Shown: piece by piece, positions 8,730 through 18,512 of the stretch
Layout: the number at the start of each line of letters is the position of its first letter
Numbering within the stretch: the first letter of the stretch is position 1
Virus record (IMG/VR): IMGVR_UViG_3300028588_000786
Span: 1-29,651 of that record
Reading direction: 5' to 3' (one strand)
Origin: a virus
Taxonomy: Duplodnaviria; Caudoviricetes
DNA: 29,651 nucleotides
Notes under the pieces: model-generated
Told to the model about the DNA's origin: nothing
Databases searched by the model: none
The model's input: the letters and a program-made list of their open reading frames with translations, nothing else
Translations under genes and position numbers: made by a program

Positions 8730-10013
8730 CTATGAACTCACATTTGCCATCGCTTCCGCCTCGGCTTGTTTAAAACCGTAGGCATGTATGAGTATGGCAA
8801 TTTTGTTTGGGATAGGTATGGCCGAAAGCAGGATTTGGTTGATGCTGGTACCGGCGGTCATGCCGGCGCTATCATCGGCTACGTTGCCGGGTACCGGCAG
8901 TATGTTCCAGTTGCCCGATGGGTTTAGGTTTTGATGGAATTTGCTGAAAAGCTCGGCAAATATTTCGCTTAGCTCTAAGCGGTCGGGGGCGGTATTGTCG
9001 TTAAACTCACGGATGGCCTCCTTTTTTTCACCGCCATTACTCAATCCAGATGATTTTTCGGCGTTGATAAGTTCTTTAGGAACTGAGAAGCCTTTGATAA
9101 TGCGCGCCTCTACCGATTTTTCGGTAGCCTCAAACAGCTTATCGTTATTTTGAATGGCGTAAGGCTTAAATTCCGGTTTCGATGCTTCATCCTCATATTC
9201 AATTACGATAATCTTTTGCGAGCTTTTAGTGCCCTGAAATGCGCCCAGATCTTTTTCCAACTGTGAGGGAGAATTACTGCTTTGGCTATCTGGAGAAGTA
9301 TTGTCAGCTTCTTCCCGCCGGGCTTGCATAAACAACATGGTCGATGGTAAAAAGCCGGTGGTTACTTCGCGGTTATTAAAGATTTTGATGCCGGCTTCGG
9401 TTTCAAAATCTTCCCATACGCTGTCAGCTTCTATCAGCGGATAATCGTCCACCTCCGGGTTAAAGTAGTAAAGCTGCCCTTTGTAGTTTTCCCAACCACC
9501 GGCTTTAAGTACCTGTTCATCAATTACTGTGGGATCGGGGTTGTATTGATCAAGGAAGACGATTTTGGAACGCATCACATGCTTCCAGCTTTTGCGGCCC
9601 CAGTCATTGTACAGGGCATACATACCTGAGGTTTCGGCGCAGTCCACATTTCCCATGCGTATATCTTCAAACTTCACATAATGGGCGGATGCTATCTGGT
9701 AATTGGCATTATAATTCAAATGGATGCCAAATCCGCTGAACAAGGCCTTGTCGGTTGCAACAGCTTTAAGTAGTTTAGCCAGGGTCAGTCCCTTATTGTT
9801 AACTAATTGCTTACCCAGATCTTTCTCTTCGAAGCCGTTACCGCCTATGAATTTAGATCGTTTGTTCCAGCAGTCTTTTGCCGTTGGGGATGCGGCCACC
9901 AGTTCGAGCATACGTTGCGGATAAGCGTTGTCGGCATCGTAGTTGAGTATGCCATAGGTTTGGTTAGGCCGCACCTTTATCCGGCGTTCTATTTGTGGTA
10001 GGTAGGTTTTCAT
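8730..10013 (-). CDS. Portal protein
   Basis: 427 aa; 'NYDADNAYPQ', 'NGFE', 'GFLPSTML', 'RIIKGFSVPKELI...GLSNGGE' resemble Bacteroidota phage portals; size and position fit. Confidence 0.8.
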   Translation of the reverse strand: MKTYLPQIERRIKVRPNQTYGILNYDADNAYPQRMLELVAASPTAKDCWNKRSKFIGGNGFEEKDLGKQLVNNKGLTLAKLLKAVATDKALFSGFGIHLNYNANYQIASAHYVKFEDIRMGNVDCAETSGMYALYNDWGRKSWKHVMRSKIVFLDQYNPDPTVIDEQVLKAGGWENYKGQLYYFNPEVDDYPLIEADSVWEDFETEAGIKIFNNREVTTGFLPSTMLFMQARREEADNTSPDSQSSNSPSQLEKDLGAFQGTKSSQKIIVIEYEDEASKPEFKPYAIQNNDKLFEATEKSVEARIIKGFSVPKELINAEKSSGLSNGGEKKEAIREFNDNTAPDRLELSEIFAELFSKFHQNLNPSGNWNILPVPGNVADDSAGMTAGTSINQILLSAIPIPNKIAILIHAYGFKQAEAEAMANVSS

Positions 10014-10015
10014 TT

Positions 10016-10116
10016 ATAGTATTAAGTAGTTAGTATCAAGTATCAAGTACTTGTATAAAGTTGAGAGTGATAAGGTTGTAGGCAAATCTTGATACTCAAT
10101 ACTTGCTACTTGATAC
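10016..10116. repeat. Heptamer-tandem inverted repeat (TATCAAG/TAGCAAG family)
   Basis: tagtatcaagtatcaagtac ... cttgatactcaatacttgctacttgatac between tail tube and portal genes. Confidence 0.8.
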
Positions 10117-10123
10117 CCAAAGT

Positions 10124-10714
10124 TTAAGCTGCTGTCAACGCTTCCAGTGCCGCAATGGTGGTAGCGTAAGAGGCCGAGCCGGAGTCGGAAATGGATACGG
10201 CACGTGGAGGGTAGGGTTCGCGTAATTTATCGGGGTTGGTTAGTTTAAGTTTGTAACCACCTTCTAAGCCTTCGTCGGCGGCATTACGTTCGGCTTCGGT
10301 GAGGATCAGGCTGTTTACGGCACCAAATAACTCTACCGATGAATCACTTTCTTTATAGTTGTTAATGACGATGGCTTTAACTCGTCCATAACCCATGGCA
10401 CGCAGCTGTCCTTTAATATCTACTGAAAGACCAGCAATGTTAAAGTCGATTTCTTCGGTATAACGCGGACCAACCTGTGTTTTAGCCAGCTTGCTCATGG
10501 CGTTGAAGCTGTTGTTGGTGCCTTCAAATTTGAACACCTTGCCGCCGCCTACTTTCTCCAGGTCATCAATAATAAGCGGGTTAGTGGTGTTATAGGTGAT
10601 CTTAATATCGTCTTCGTTAAAAATGTAGATCACATCTTCAATGCCCGAGGTAACGGGTTGTGCAGTGGCAAGGCTAAAGCCTGCGTTTATTTTGTTATAA
10701 ATGGATGTTGGCAT
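10124..10714 (-). CDS. Putative major tail tube protein
   Basis: 196 aa beta-rich structural-type protein after the capsid gene; 'SGIEDVIYIFN', 'KVFKFEG', 'ELFGAVNSL', 'GGYKLKL'. Confidence 0.55.
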   Translation of the reverse strand: MPTSIYNKINAGFSLATAQPVTSGIEDVIYIFNEDDIKITYNTTNPLIIDDLEKVGGGKVFKFEGTNNSFNAMSKLAKTQVGPRYTEEIDFNIAGLSVDIKGQLRAMGYGRVKAIVINNYKESDSSVELFGAVNSLILTEAERNAADEGLEGGYKLKLTNPDKLREPYPPRAVSISDSGSASYATTIAALEALTAA

Positions 10715-10764
10715 GTTTGGTTATTGGGTTTTGTTATTAAGTTATTTGGAATGGTATAGTATAG

Positions 10765-10898
10765 AGTAATTAGTATCAGGTAGCAAGACAGAAAGGAGCT
10801 ACAAGGGGAGAAACGCAGGAAGCGACTTTCAGAAATTGTGTAAGGAAAGGTTGAAATGATAAGGCAGGCAAAAATCTTGATACCTGATACTAATTACT
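10765..10898. repeat. Heptamer-tandem inverted repeat (same family)
   Basis: 24-bp arms agtaattagtatcaggtagcaaga and tcttgatacctgatactaattact, one mismatch; between capsid and tail tube genes. Confidence 0.85.
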
Positions 10899-10904
10899 TG
10901 CTAC

Positions 10905-12116
10905 TTAAATAGCTGACAGGTAAAACAGTTCGTTGGCGAATTTAAAGTTTACGGCAGCTTTCATACGCGCTTTCATGCGTACCACATTGTCGTTAGTATA
11001 TGGCTTCATGTACACGGTGGATAGCTCACTTTGGTCGCCCAGGAGATCGACACCTAAAAACAGGTTACTGGAACGTGCGCCCAATATGGTGTTGGCCTGC
11101 CAGTGGTTCATCAATTGCAGCGGAAGACCTAAGTAATCCATCTTCTTTTTATCGGTAAAGGCATTGAGCACGTTAGTGGCATTGTTGGCCTGTGCCTGGG
11201 CGTAAGCATAACCTACATGTAACGGAATTTGCAGGTTGAAATCTTCCTGGCTGCGGTCGGCCGGGTCCAGTTGCGAGTACACGTTGCTGAGCACTTCCAA
11301 AACATTTTTTGCGTTAATAAAGCTGATGCTTGCCGCAGTTGATGTGCCTGTGAAAGTAGCGGCCTTGCGGGTGTTCATCTCATTGTAATTACGAATGAGC
11401 TGGAAAGTGGTTGCGCTTAACACTTTAATAAAGTAAGACTGGCCTGGCAAATCAATACCGGTTGCACTATTGGTGATATCTTTACTGGTGCCGGTTGCCA
11501 CTGTAATGGTTATTACATCGCCATCGGTAAGTACTGTAGTGCTGGCTACGGTTACTACACCTGCAATGCTGATAGCCGATACCGACATGGATGTAGATGA
11601 TTTTCCTAATCCAACTTTGTAGGTGTCGGTACTGGCAGCAATGGAGGGAAGTAAACCTTTAAATGCTGCCGAAAATGTAGCTTCTTTAGTGGCGTCTTTT
11701 CCCAACCAGTACAAACGCTCATTGGCAATTTGTATTTTGGTAAGGTAGCGCTGCACCATAAAGTCCGACAGGTCTACCACGCCTTCGTAGTCGCCGAAGG
11801 CACCCGGGGCCAAACGTTGCGATTCCCAGCTTTGTACCAGTTTATCCCATTGTTCCTGTTTCATAAACTCGTAGGTAACAGGGTCCAGGTAAGTTTCGGC
11901 CTGCAGGGCAGTGGTAGCCTGGTCGTTAAACATGCCCGATGGGTTTTGCAACTTAATGTCGTCGTCAACATCAAGTATTACCCTTTTCGATTTTACATCG
12001 TTAATTACTGTTAATAGTCCGCGTTTTACGGAATCGGCTTCAAGCAAGGTGCTGGCCATAAAACCTGCCAGCGCTTCGCCGGCATAGGTGTTGTTAGTGA
12101 AGGTAAATTGAGCCAT
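10905..12116 (-). CDS. Major capsid protein (probable HK97 fold) with internal inserted domain
   Basis: Follows protease/scaffold; 'TYAGE', 'ERLYWLG...FKGLL', 'NLFLGVDLLGD..VRMKARMKAAVN' resemble Bacteroidota phage capsids. Confidence 0.82.
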   Translation of the reverse strand: MAQFTFTNNTYAGEALAGFMASTLLEADSVKRGLLTVINDVKSKRVILDVDDDIKLQNPSGMFNDQATTALQAETYLDPVTYEFMKQEQWDKLVQSWESQRLAPGAFGDYEGVVDLSDFMVQRYLTKIQIANERLYWLGKDATKEATFSAAFKGLLPSIAASTDTYKVGLGKSSTSMSVSAISIAGVVTVASTTVLTDGDVITITVATGTSKDITNSATGIDLPGQSYFIKVLSATTFQLIRNYNEMNTRKAATFTGTSTAASISFINAKNVLEVLSNVYSQLDPADRSQEDFNLQIPLHVGYAYAQAQANNATNVLNAFTDKKKMDYLGLPLQLMNHWQANTILGARSSNLFLGVDLLGDQSELSTVYMKPYTNDNVVRMKARMKAAVNFKFANELFYLSAI

Positions 12117-12229
12117 TTAAAATAGTTGCGTGTGTGGAGTGGCCAGAGGCCAGGTTAGATATTTGTGAAAGGTTAGGTTAGGGTTTTGATCAGCGTATTT
12201 ACGGCATCTCACAACCGGCATCGGGCAAC

Positions 12230-13438
12230 TCACTTATTGTCGCCAACCGCTTGCTTTACCGCGTTTTGTGCGATGGTAGATTGCGGTGCAAAAAAGGGCT
12301 GAGTTTCGGTTGTTGCTTTGTTGCTACGTTTTGAACCTTCGGGGGTAAAGGTTGATTTGATCTCGTTTTTTACCTGGGTGTGGGTTTGCTGCAGGCGGGT
12401 TTGGGCGCTTTGCAAAGTGTTGCGGGCTTCGGTAAGCAGGGCGTTTTGGGCATGAAGCTTAGCTTTAAGGGTAGCTACCTGGTTCTGCACATCGTGCGGT
12501 TTAGCTTTGCCTTTGGGTTTCCCCGCTACCTCTTCATCCTCGCCACTGGCAGCTTCCTCAATAGTTTCTACCTTTTCTACTTTACCTCCTTTGGTAGTTA
12601 GTTGCTGGCCATCGGCAGTGGTGTACACATCGTCAACGGCAGGTTCGTCCAGGTCTTCGCTGTTGTACACTTCGGTGCCGGGTTCCAGGTCGGCGGTGTG
12701 GTGTAGTGGTCCTTTGTCGGTCATGGTTTGCTTGTTCATCACTTTCTTAAAAAAGTTCATCAGCTTGTTTAAAACCGATGTGGTTTTGTCAATCAGGTCG
12801 GCATTGTGCATGTTCATTTGTTTTTGGGGTGATTTATGGGTGTTGACTAAAATTTTGTTGATGCAGCGCTGGTAAACGGCCGGTGCTGTGCTGGTGCATT
12901 TTTGCAGTATGGCACTGTTGGTAATAATGGTTTGATAATCTTCAATGCTGTCTATAAAACCAAGTGCCAGCGCCTGATCGGCCGTCATCCAGGTTACGGC
13001 GTTAATGAGGCTATTTATGGTGATCTCGTCAAGGCCGGTCTTGTCGGTGTAAATTTGGGCCAGACGGGTTTGCACAGTATTGAGCATTTGCACGTCTTTC
13101 AGCAATTCGTCGGCGTTGCCACCGCTGCCGGCCATGGGTTTGTGGATCATGAGCAAGGCATATTTGCTCATGATAATTTTGTGCCCACCCATGGCTACAA
13201 TTGATGCTGCTGATGCGGCCAGGGCATCAATGTAGGTGGTTACATGGGCGGGATATTTCTTTAACAGATCGTATATGGCAATGGCATCGAAGGCCGAACC
13301 GCCTGCCGAGCTGATGTGCAGCTCCACATCTTGCCCTGCTGCCAGTTGCAATTGTTGCTGCAAGTAAGCCGACGACAAGCTGCCGGAGCCAATACCATCC
13401 TGATCGGTATCGTAGAGGTAAATTTTGTAAGTGTTCAT
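12230..13438 (-). CDS. ClpP-type head maturation protease fused to C-terminal scaffold
   Basis: 'ISSAGGSAFDAIAIYDLL', catalytic 'AASAAS' and 'MIHKP', 'TWMTADQALALGFID'; acidic and coiled-coil tail; ATG at 13438 (MNTYKIY) preferred to TTG at 13525. Confidence 0.9.
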   Translation of the reverse strand: MNTYKIYLYDTDQDGIGSGSLSSAYLQQQLQLAAGQDVELHISSAGGSAFDAIAIYDLLKKYPAHVTTYIDALAASAASIVAMGGHKIIMSKYALLMIHKPMAGSGGNADELLKDVQMLNTVQTRLAQIYTDKTGLDEITINSLINAVTWMTADQALALGFIDSIEDYQTIITNSAILQKCTSTAPAVYQRCINKILVNTHKSPQKQMNMHNADLIDKTTSVLNKLMNFFKKVMNKQTMTDKGPLHHTADLEPGTEVYNSEDLDEPAVDDVYTTADGQQLTTKGGKVEKVETIEEAASGEDEEVAGKPKGKAKPHDVQNQVATLKAKLHAQNALLTEARNTLQSAQTRLQQTHTQVKNEIKSTFTPEGSKRSNKATTETQPFFAPQSTIAQNAVKQAVGDNK

Positions 13439-13710
13439 GGTTGATAGTTGGTGGTTCAAGGGGCGCAGTTGAGCAGATAGTCTTGAACCGGAATTTGAAG
13501 AATTTATTGGATGGGCAGAATACAAGTTGAGCAGCAGATGTGAATCCTATTAATTCAGTTTCAATAAAATTTTTAATTTCGAAATTCGAATGTTCAATTT
13601 CGAATTTTGAGGAAATGGAGACGGAATTCTTTAATTCTTTAATTTAGTAAATTCCGGTTCAAGATAAGCTTTGATTCTGGTTTCAGATGGGGTTTCTCTG
13701 ATTGACAATT

Positions 13711-13758
13711 CAAATATCGGGAAACTTTTTGTTTGTTTTCGTGACACTGTTTTGTCAC
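13711..13758 (-). promoter_or_regulatory. Putative late promoter 1 with palindromic operator GTGACA-N6-TGTCAC
   Basis: Palindrome at 13741-13758; minus-strand GATATTTG (TAnnTTTG-like) at 13711-13718, 22 nt away. Confidence 0.55.
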
Positions 13759-13806
13759 ATAAGCTAATTGGTGAAGGAGTGGTGTTATATGCTGGTTGGC
13801 ATAGTT

Positions 13807-13854
13807 CAAAGGTGCGAATAATTATTTACATAGTTCGTGACACTGTTTTGTCAC
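13807..13854 (-). promoter_or_regulatory. Putative late promoter 2 with identical palindromic operator
   Basis: Palindrome at 13837-13854; minus-strand CACCTTTG at 13807-13814, again 22 nt away. Confidence 0.5.
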
Positions 13855-14083
13855 AAGCGTTAAAACTGTTAAGCGCACGCCAAATAGTGCGTTTATCTTT
13901 ATCGAACTTTATTTCAGCTTCTAACACAGCCTGGTACTTATTCAAATTACGGGTTTGCATTTGAGCCTTAATCCAAAGGTAGATCTCGCGGTACAGGAAA
14001 ACTTTATCGGTTATAAAGCCGGCTTTATACATTTCCATAAAAGTGCCGTTATCGAACAGGGTGTTGGCTAAGTTGATATTCAT
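13826..14083 (-). CDS. Small HTH-like DNA-binding protein, candidate late regulator
   Basis: 85 aa; C-terminal 'KYQAVLEAEIKFDKDKRTIWRAL' fits a helix-turn-helix; lies just before the head genes. Confidence 0.6.
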   Translation of the reverse strand: MNINLANTLFDNGTFMEMYKAGFITDKVFLYREIYLWIKAQMQTRNLNKYQAVLEAEIKFDKDKRTIWRALNSFNACDKTVSRTM

Positions 14084-14276
14084 TTTGGGGAAGCGAGGTT
14101 TTTGGGTGCGAGGAAGAACGGGAGCGGGATTGTAGGTGCGAGGAGCGAGGTTTAAGGTTGCGAGGATCCGAGAAGAGGAATGCGCGGGACTGTAGATATC
14201 AATCGGAGCTCATTACTGCAACTGCCGTTCACCCCTGCCACTAAAAGTCTTGTATCTTGTTTCTTATCTCTTGCCT

Positions 14277-16814
14277 CTACAAATTCACCCTATCCACCGT
14301 TTGGGCAAGGATGTTTTGCTGGTTGTTTACGTCTTTCACATCTACGTAAATAGGTGGAAAGTTATTAATGAGCTGGTAAGCCAGGGTATTGGCCATGTCT
14401 TTTTGGTCGTTCACGGGCTGACTGTAGTAGCGGTTGGCGTTGCCGCCATCAGTAAAGATGCCACCTATGGCATAACCTCTGCCGGGGTTAGGCATCGAAA
14501 AATCTCTGCCCCCATGTGCCACGTTGATAGCACTCACCAGGTTACGCGCCCAGGGGTTGCGCATCGCTTACGACACCACGACCGCCTCGCCCGAACGCAG
14601 GTAAGCGTTGGTGTTATCGGTACGGCTGTAGCCGGATAGGAGGGCACCCCGACCGTCGGACACGAACATACCGCCTGTTGCCATGCCCGGCTTTTGCTTA
14701 GCGATTTCAGCAATGGATGTAGCGCCTTGAACGGCCATAAAAGCTGCCTGTGCTATACCTAAAGCCTGTCCTATAAATGGTATTCCAGAATAAGCTTTAA
14801 GTGATTCTATTATAGATTGTTTAGTACTGATAATGGTGTCAGCAATCGACGTAGCTTTTTTTGCTAAAAATGCGGCCTTGTAAATGGCTGAATCTTTTTT
14901 GGTGTTTTTTAAAACAGCATCTATTAATTTATCACCGGCATGAATCTTTGATTGGGTAAGTTTGTTTTCAACGTCGGCTTTCTTCTTGGCATAATCTGAT
15001 TCTATTTTGGCTGTATCATTACCGACCTTTTGAGCTGCTGTAACAGCTGCTGTATGTTGTGCATCTAATAAATCTTTTTGTAGTTGTAATGCCTTTATAT
15101 TTTGGCCTCCTTCCTGAGCTTGGTCTATTCCGGTTTGTAGCTTATCCTGTTTTTCTTGCTGATCAGAATTCTGATTTATATCAGCTTGGTCATTACCCTT
15201 TTTAGTTTGCAGCCTGGCTTTAATATTTTGGGCACGAGTGATAATTGCATCTTCAGTGCTTTTAGCAAGGACATCGGTTGTAGCGGCTTTGCGGGTCTGG
15301 GCATCTAAAATTTCTTTGTCAATAATAGCTGCTTTAGCTAAGTATTCATCTTCTAATTGTTGCAAAGCTAAATCCTTAGCGTTCTTGCCTGCGGCTTTAC
15401 TGATTTTTAATAATTCAGTTTCATATTCATCCAGCTTTTTGCTGTCCTCATCCCTGAATTTTTTATTGATGGTGGTTAATGCATCGGCTTCTTCTTTTTT
15501 GAGTTGCTCAACTGTTTCTTGGTTGTCTTTATATTTTTCTTGAAGTTGTTTGAAATGTTTTTGTGTATCATATATTTCTTTAGCATACCCTTGCAGTAGC
15601 TTTTCACTCATGCGGGCCTGTGACGCTATCCGCTCTTGGTTGGCTTCTATAGTAGCATCTGTGATTTGTTTTATTTGCTTAAGATTGGTCTGATGATGCT
15701 TGGTGTGTATAATACCATTTTTAGTGACTACTTCCGTTGCTTTTTCCGATACTACTATGCCCGTTTTATAAGCAGTTTCAATAGCATTAAAAGATTTAGA
15801 AGCAAATTCTTTAGTTTTATCTATCACATTGCCTATTTTGGTTGTAACATTGCTAATACCTGTTGATAATTGTAGTACACCATCAGCCAGCTTTTTCGGA
15901 TTAAAGCCATTGGAGAATGCACTTGTAATTACTCCAAAAGCCTTGACCCTATTGTTAAGATTATCAATGAAGCTCTTGAATACTTTTTCGACTGTATCAA
16001 TCGGGTGAAGGAAAGCATCTACGAATACCCCACCAAATTTGCCAACAGTATTTTTAACGATGTTGATAGTTGTGGTGACCGCAGCCAAGATTTTCTTGAA
16101 CTTATCGGCTCCTTCAGTTGTGCTGGTAAAGTACTCTACAATAGACTGAAGAACCACAACCAGTAAGCCAAAACCTGTAGTTTTTAAAGCTGCACCAATA
16201 CCATTGAATCCGGTGCTTACAGCCGAGATGCCACTTTTCATCGCATTGAACCCACCGGATGCATCAGTTAGCATGTCGGAAAACTCTGGCCCAAATTCAC
16301 CCGCCTTGCTGCCTAATGTGTCCATTGAAGTGCCCAGGAAATTGATTGACTCATTATGGGCATCAAAAACCTCGCGGCTTTTAGCCAGTTTATTTTCCTG
16401 CTTTTCAATGGTGTTCGACAGCTCGCCTATTTTAAGATTAAGTGCTTGTAAACCCTTGGTATGATCTCCCTGCTCTTTACTTAATAGTTCATATTGTTCA
16501 AGCAAACCATTAAGTACTAACTTGTTTTGGCGCATAGAGCCATCTGTCAGATTTAGTACAGAAACATTTTTATCAAACTGAAGATTAGCGCGTTTCAGCA
16601 CCTCCTCAATCTTTTGAATGCTAACAGTGCTATCTTTAATGTTTTTGTTGAACTCGCGGAAGATCTTGCCTAACTCACCTTGGCCTCCTGTAAGCGTATT
16701 AAGGCTTTTGCCCAATTCACTCACGCGTAAATCCAATTGTCCGGCAATAGCCAATGCCTCTTGTAATTGTTGGTTTGAGTTATTCATTTTTATGTTATAT
16801 GTGCCATTTGGCAT
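14277..16814 (-). pseudogene. Tape measure protein interrupted by one in-frame TAA (14568-14570)
   Basis: Coiled-coil plus amphipathic repeats and C-terminal 'ATGG...GYSRTDNTNAYLRSGEAVV'; reads TCG TAA GCG ATG CGC, so the 748-aa and 95-aa ORFs share one frame (845 codons). Confidence 0.75.
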
Positions 16815-16822
16815 AGTGTATT

Positions 16823-16846
16823 ACTGCACTGTATTTACAGTGCAGT
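16823..16846. repeat. Perfect 11-bp inverted repeat just upstream of the tape measure start
   Basis: ACTGCACTGTA-TT-TACAGTGCAGT. Confidence 0.8.
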
Positions 16847-16852
16847 GTGTTA

Positions 16853-17482
16853 TTATTTAACTTTTCTAAATTTTGTGATTTCCTTTTCAGATGTGTCATT
16901 GGCTTCTATATAAAACGGGCCACCCTCCTCTACATAGTCAGTAGGAATTTTGTATAGGTCTGAATAATAATCTTTGAACATAGCTTTTTTGTTAGGCTTT
17001 ATTATAAAGTACAGGGTAGGGAAATATTTGCCGTCAATTTTTTGATCCATTATTTTGTAATCAATATAAGTACCTAAAACTGCACTTTTCATCTTACATA
17101 AGCTATCACTACTAATTTGCCATCCGCGACACATAGCATAAGGCTTGTTTGATGAATTTAAGTTAGATTTAATAACTGATTTTTTAGACAAGTCAATGTC
17201 CATATCATCAACGTCACTATTATGAATTGGTCTTACCACCTGATACAGTTCTGTATCGTAAGCACCGTATTCAGAGACTTTATTTATGCGCCATTCCTGG
17301 GCGTATATTTTATCACCGGGATTAAACTTGTTATACTTAGCATTTAAGTAATATAACGTTAATACTTGTTTGTTGTAAAGAAACAACCCTGCTAATACAA
17401 TTAAAAAACCTGCTATAATTCCCCAAGTCAAATAATTTCGTTTAATTTTTTTCTGTGGTGTAAGGTTATTGTGGCTGTCCAT
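16853..17482 (-). CDS. Membrane-anchored hypothetical protein (moron, paralog B)
   Basis: Single N-terminal TM segment; AT-rich; alignable by eye with 17605-18288. Confidence 0.8.
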   Translation of the reverse strand: MDSHNNLTPQKKIKRNYLTWGIIAGFLIVLAGLFLYNKQVLTLYYLNAKYNKFNPGDKIYAQEWRINKVSEYGAYDTELYQVVRPIHNSDVDDMDIDLSKKSVIKSNLNSSNKPYAMCRGWQISSDSLCKMKSAVLGTYIDYKIMDQKIDGKYFPTLYFIIKPNKKAMFKDYYSDLYKIPTDYVEEGGPFYIEANDTSEKEITKFRKVK

Positions 17483-17604
17483 TTTTAAAATTGATTACTA
17501 TTGTTTGTGTGAATAAAATTGCTAGCGAGCAGTAAGCCTAATGCCATAAAAAATATAGTTGTAAAAGATCACGAGCGGCACGCTCACGCCAGTCAAAGGG
17601 GAAG

Positions 17605-18288
17605 CTAGCTTATAGCAAGGTGACTACTCTTCAGCTTAGAGGTTCTTTTTTTAATAGATTTTACCGTATCTTTTTCAGTTAATATTGGCTGCATAGATCT
17701 AACTCGTTTAAAAAGAGGAGCTTCTTCTAACCTCGCCTCATGTGCATCAATGTAAAAATAATCATCTGCATAGGTACGATTATTAGGTAATTTAATTTCA
17801 TTAGCATCATCTATAGATGCAACTGTTTTGTTAATTGTGATTGCGTACCAATAATCCTTATGACCGCTACCGTCAGCATAATATATAGCAGATATACTGT
17901 CACTTTTTAAATATGTGCCTAAGCACGTTGTCTTGTATTTAAACATTGAATCCTGACCTATATTTGTTTCTGAACGGATCATTTCAGAAAGCTGAAATAT
18001 GGACGTATCGAGTTGAGAAATAAATTTTAATTTTTGCCACTCTGGAATATCCATCTGCTTTATGTCATCAGCATTAAAAGGTCTGATTCGTCTCCATAAC
18101 CAAATAGGACTGTATAGATTAGTTTTTTGGTGAAGCTTTGAGCTATCAGCGTAAATTTTGTCCCCTACTTTCAATTTACCCCATGTTAATTTTAGATTAT
18201 TACATGTTGACCATTGCATTACTATAAAAGTAAAGAGAAATACAAGCAATATAAAACCAGTAAATCCCTTATTTCTTCTAAAGCTCAT
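17605..18288 (-). CDS. Membrane-anchored hypothetical protein (moron, paralog A)
   Basis: N-terminal TM/signal segment; shares 'GDKIYA', 'RP....D...MDI', 'LGTY', 'FYI.A' with 16853-17482. Confidence 0.8.
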   Translation of the reverse strand: MSFRRNKGFTGFILLVFLFTFIVMQWSTCNNLKLTWGKLKVGDKIYADSSKLHQKTNLYSPIWLWRRIRPFNADDIKQMDIPEWQKLKFISQLDTSIFQLSEMIRSETNIGQDSMFKYKTTCLGTYLKSDSISAIYYADGSGHKDYWYAITINKTVASIDDANEIKLPNNRTYADDYFYIDAHEARLEEAPLFKRVRSMQPILTEKDTVKSIKKRTSKLKSSHLAIS

Positions 18289-18512
18289 TGAATAATAGAT
18301 ATAAAATTTTCAAAATCATCTCTTGGATTTTAGACGCGATCGCATTCAATATACCACTTATGTTAATTGCTAATAATATTGGTAAATATAAAGTCCATTT
18401 TCCAAACTTCCAATACTGTGGAAAAATAATCCTCAAAAAAAGTTAAGGGTTTCTATTAAATTCTCTAATTGTTGTTTGGGTTAAACCACGCTCCAATAAC
18501 TCCCGCGCCTTT

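Noticed and set aside
10016-10905. Short tandem repeats as a CRISPR array
   Set aside because: Period is 7 nt, units are degenerate and inverted, there are no regular unique spacers and no cas genes
13439-13525. N-terminal extension of the ClpP ORF from TTG 13525
   Set aside because: It runs through heptamer-repeat DNA; the domain starts at ATG 13438
14568-14570. Stop-codon reassignment (alternative genetic code) in late genes
   Set aside because: TAA, TAG and TGA all end genes normally in the cluster, and only one core gene is interrupted
17520-17595. Possible REP remnant (cacgagcggcacgctcacgccag) between the paralogous morons
   Set aside because: Only a short hairpin with no second copy in the window; too weak to list as a feature
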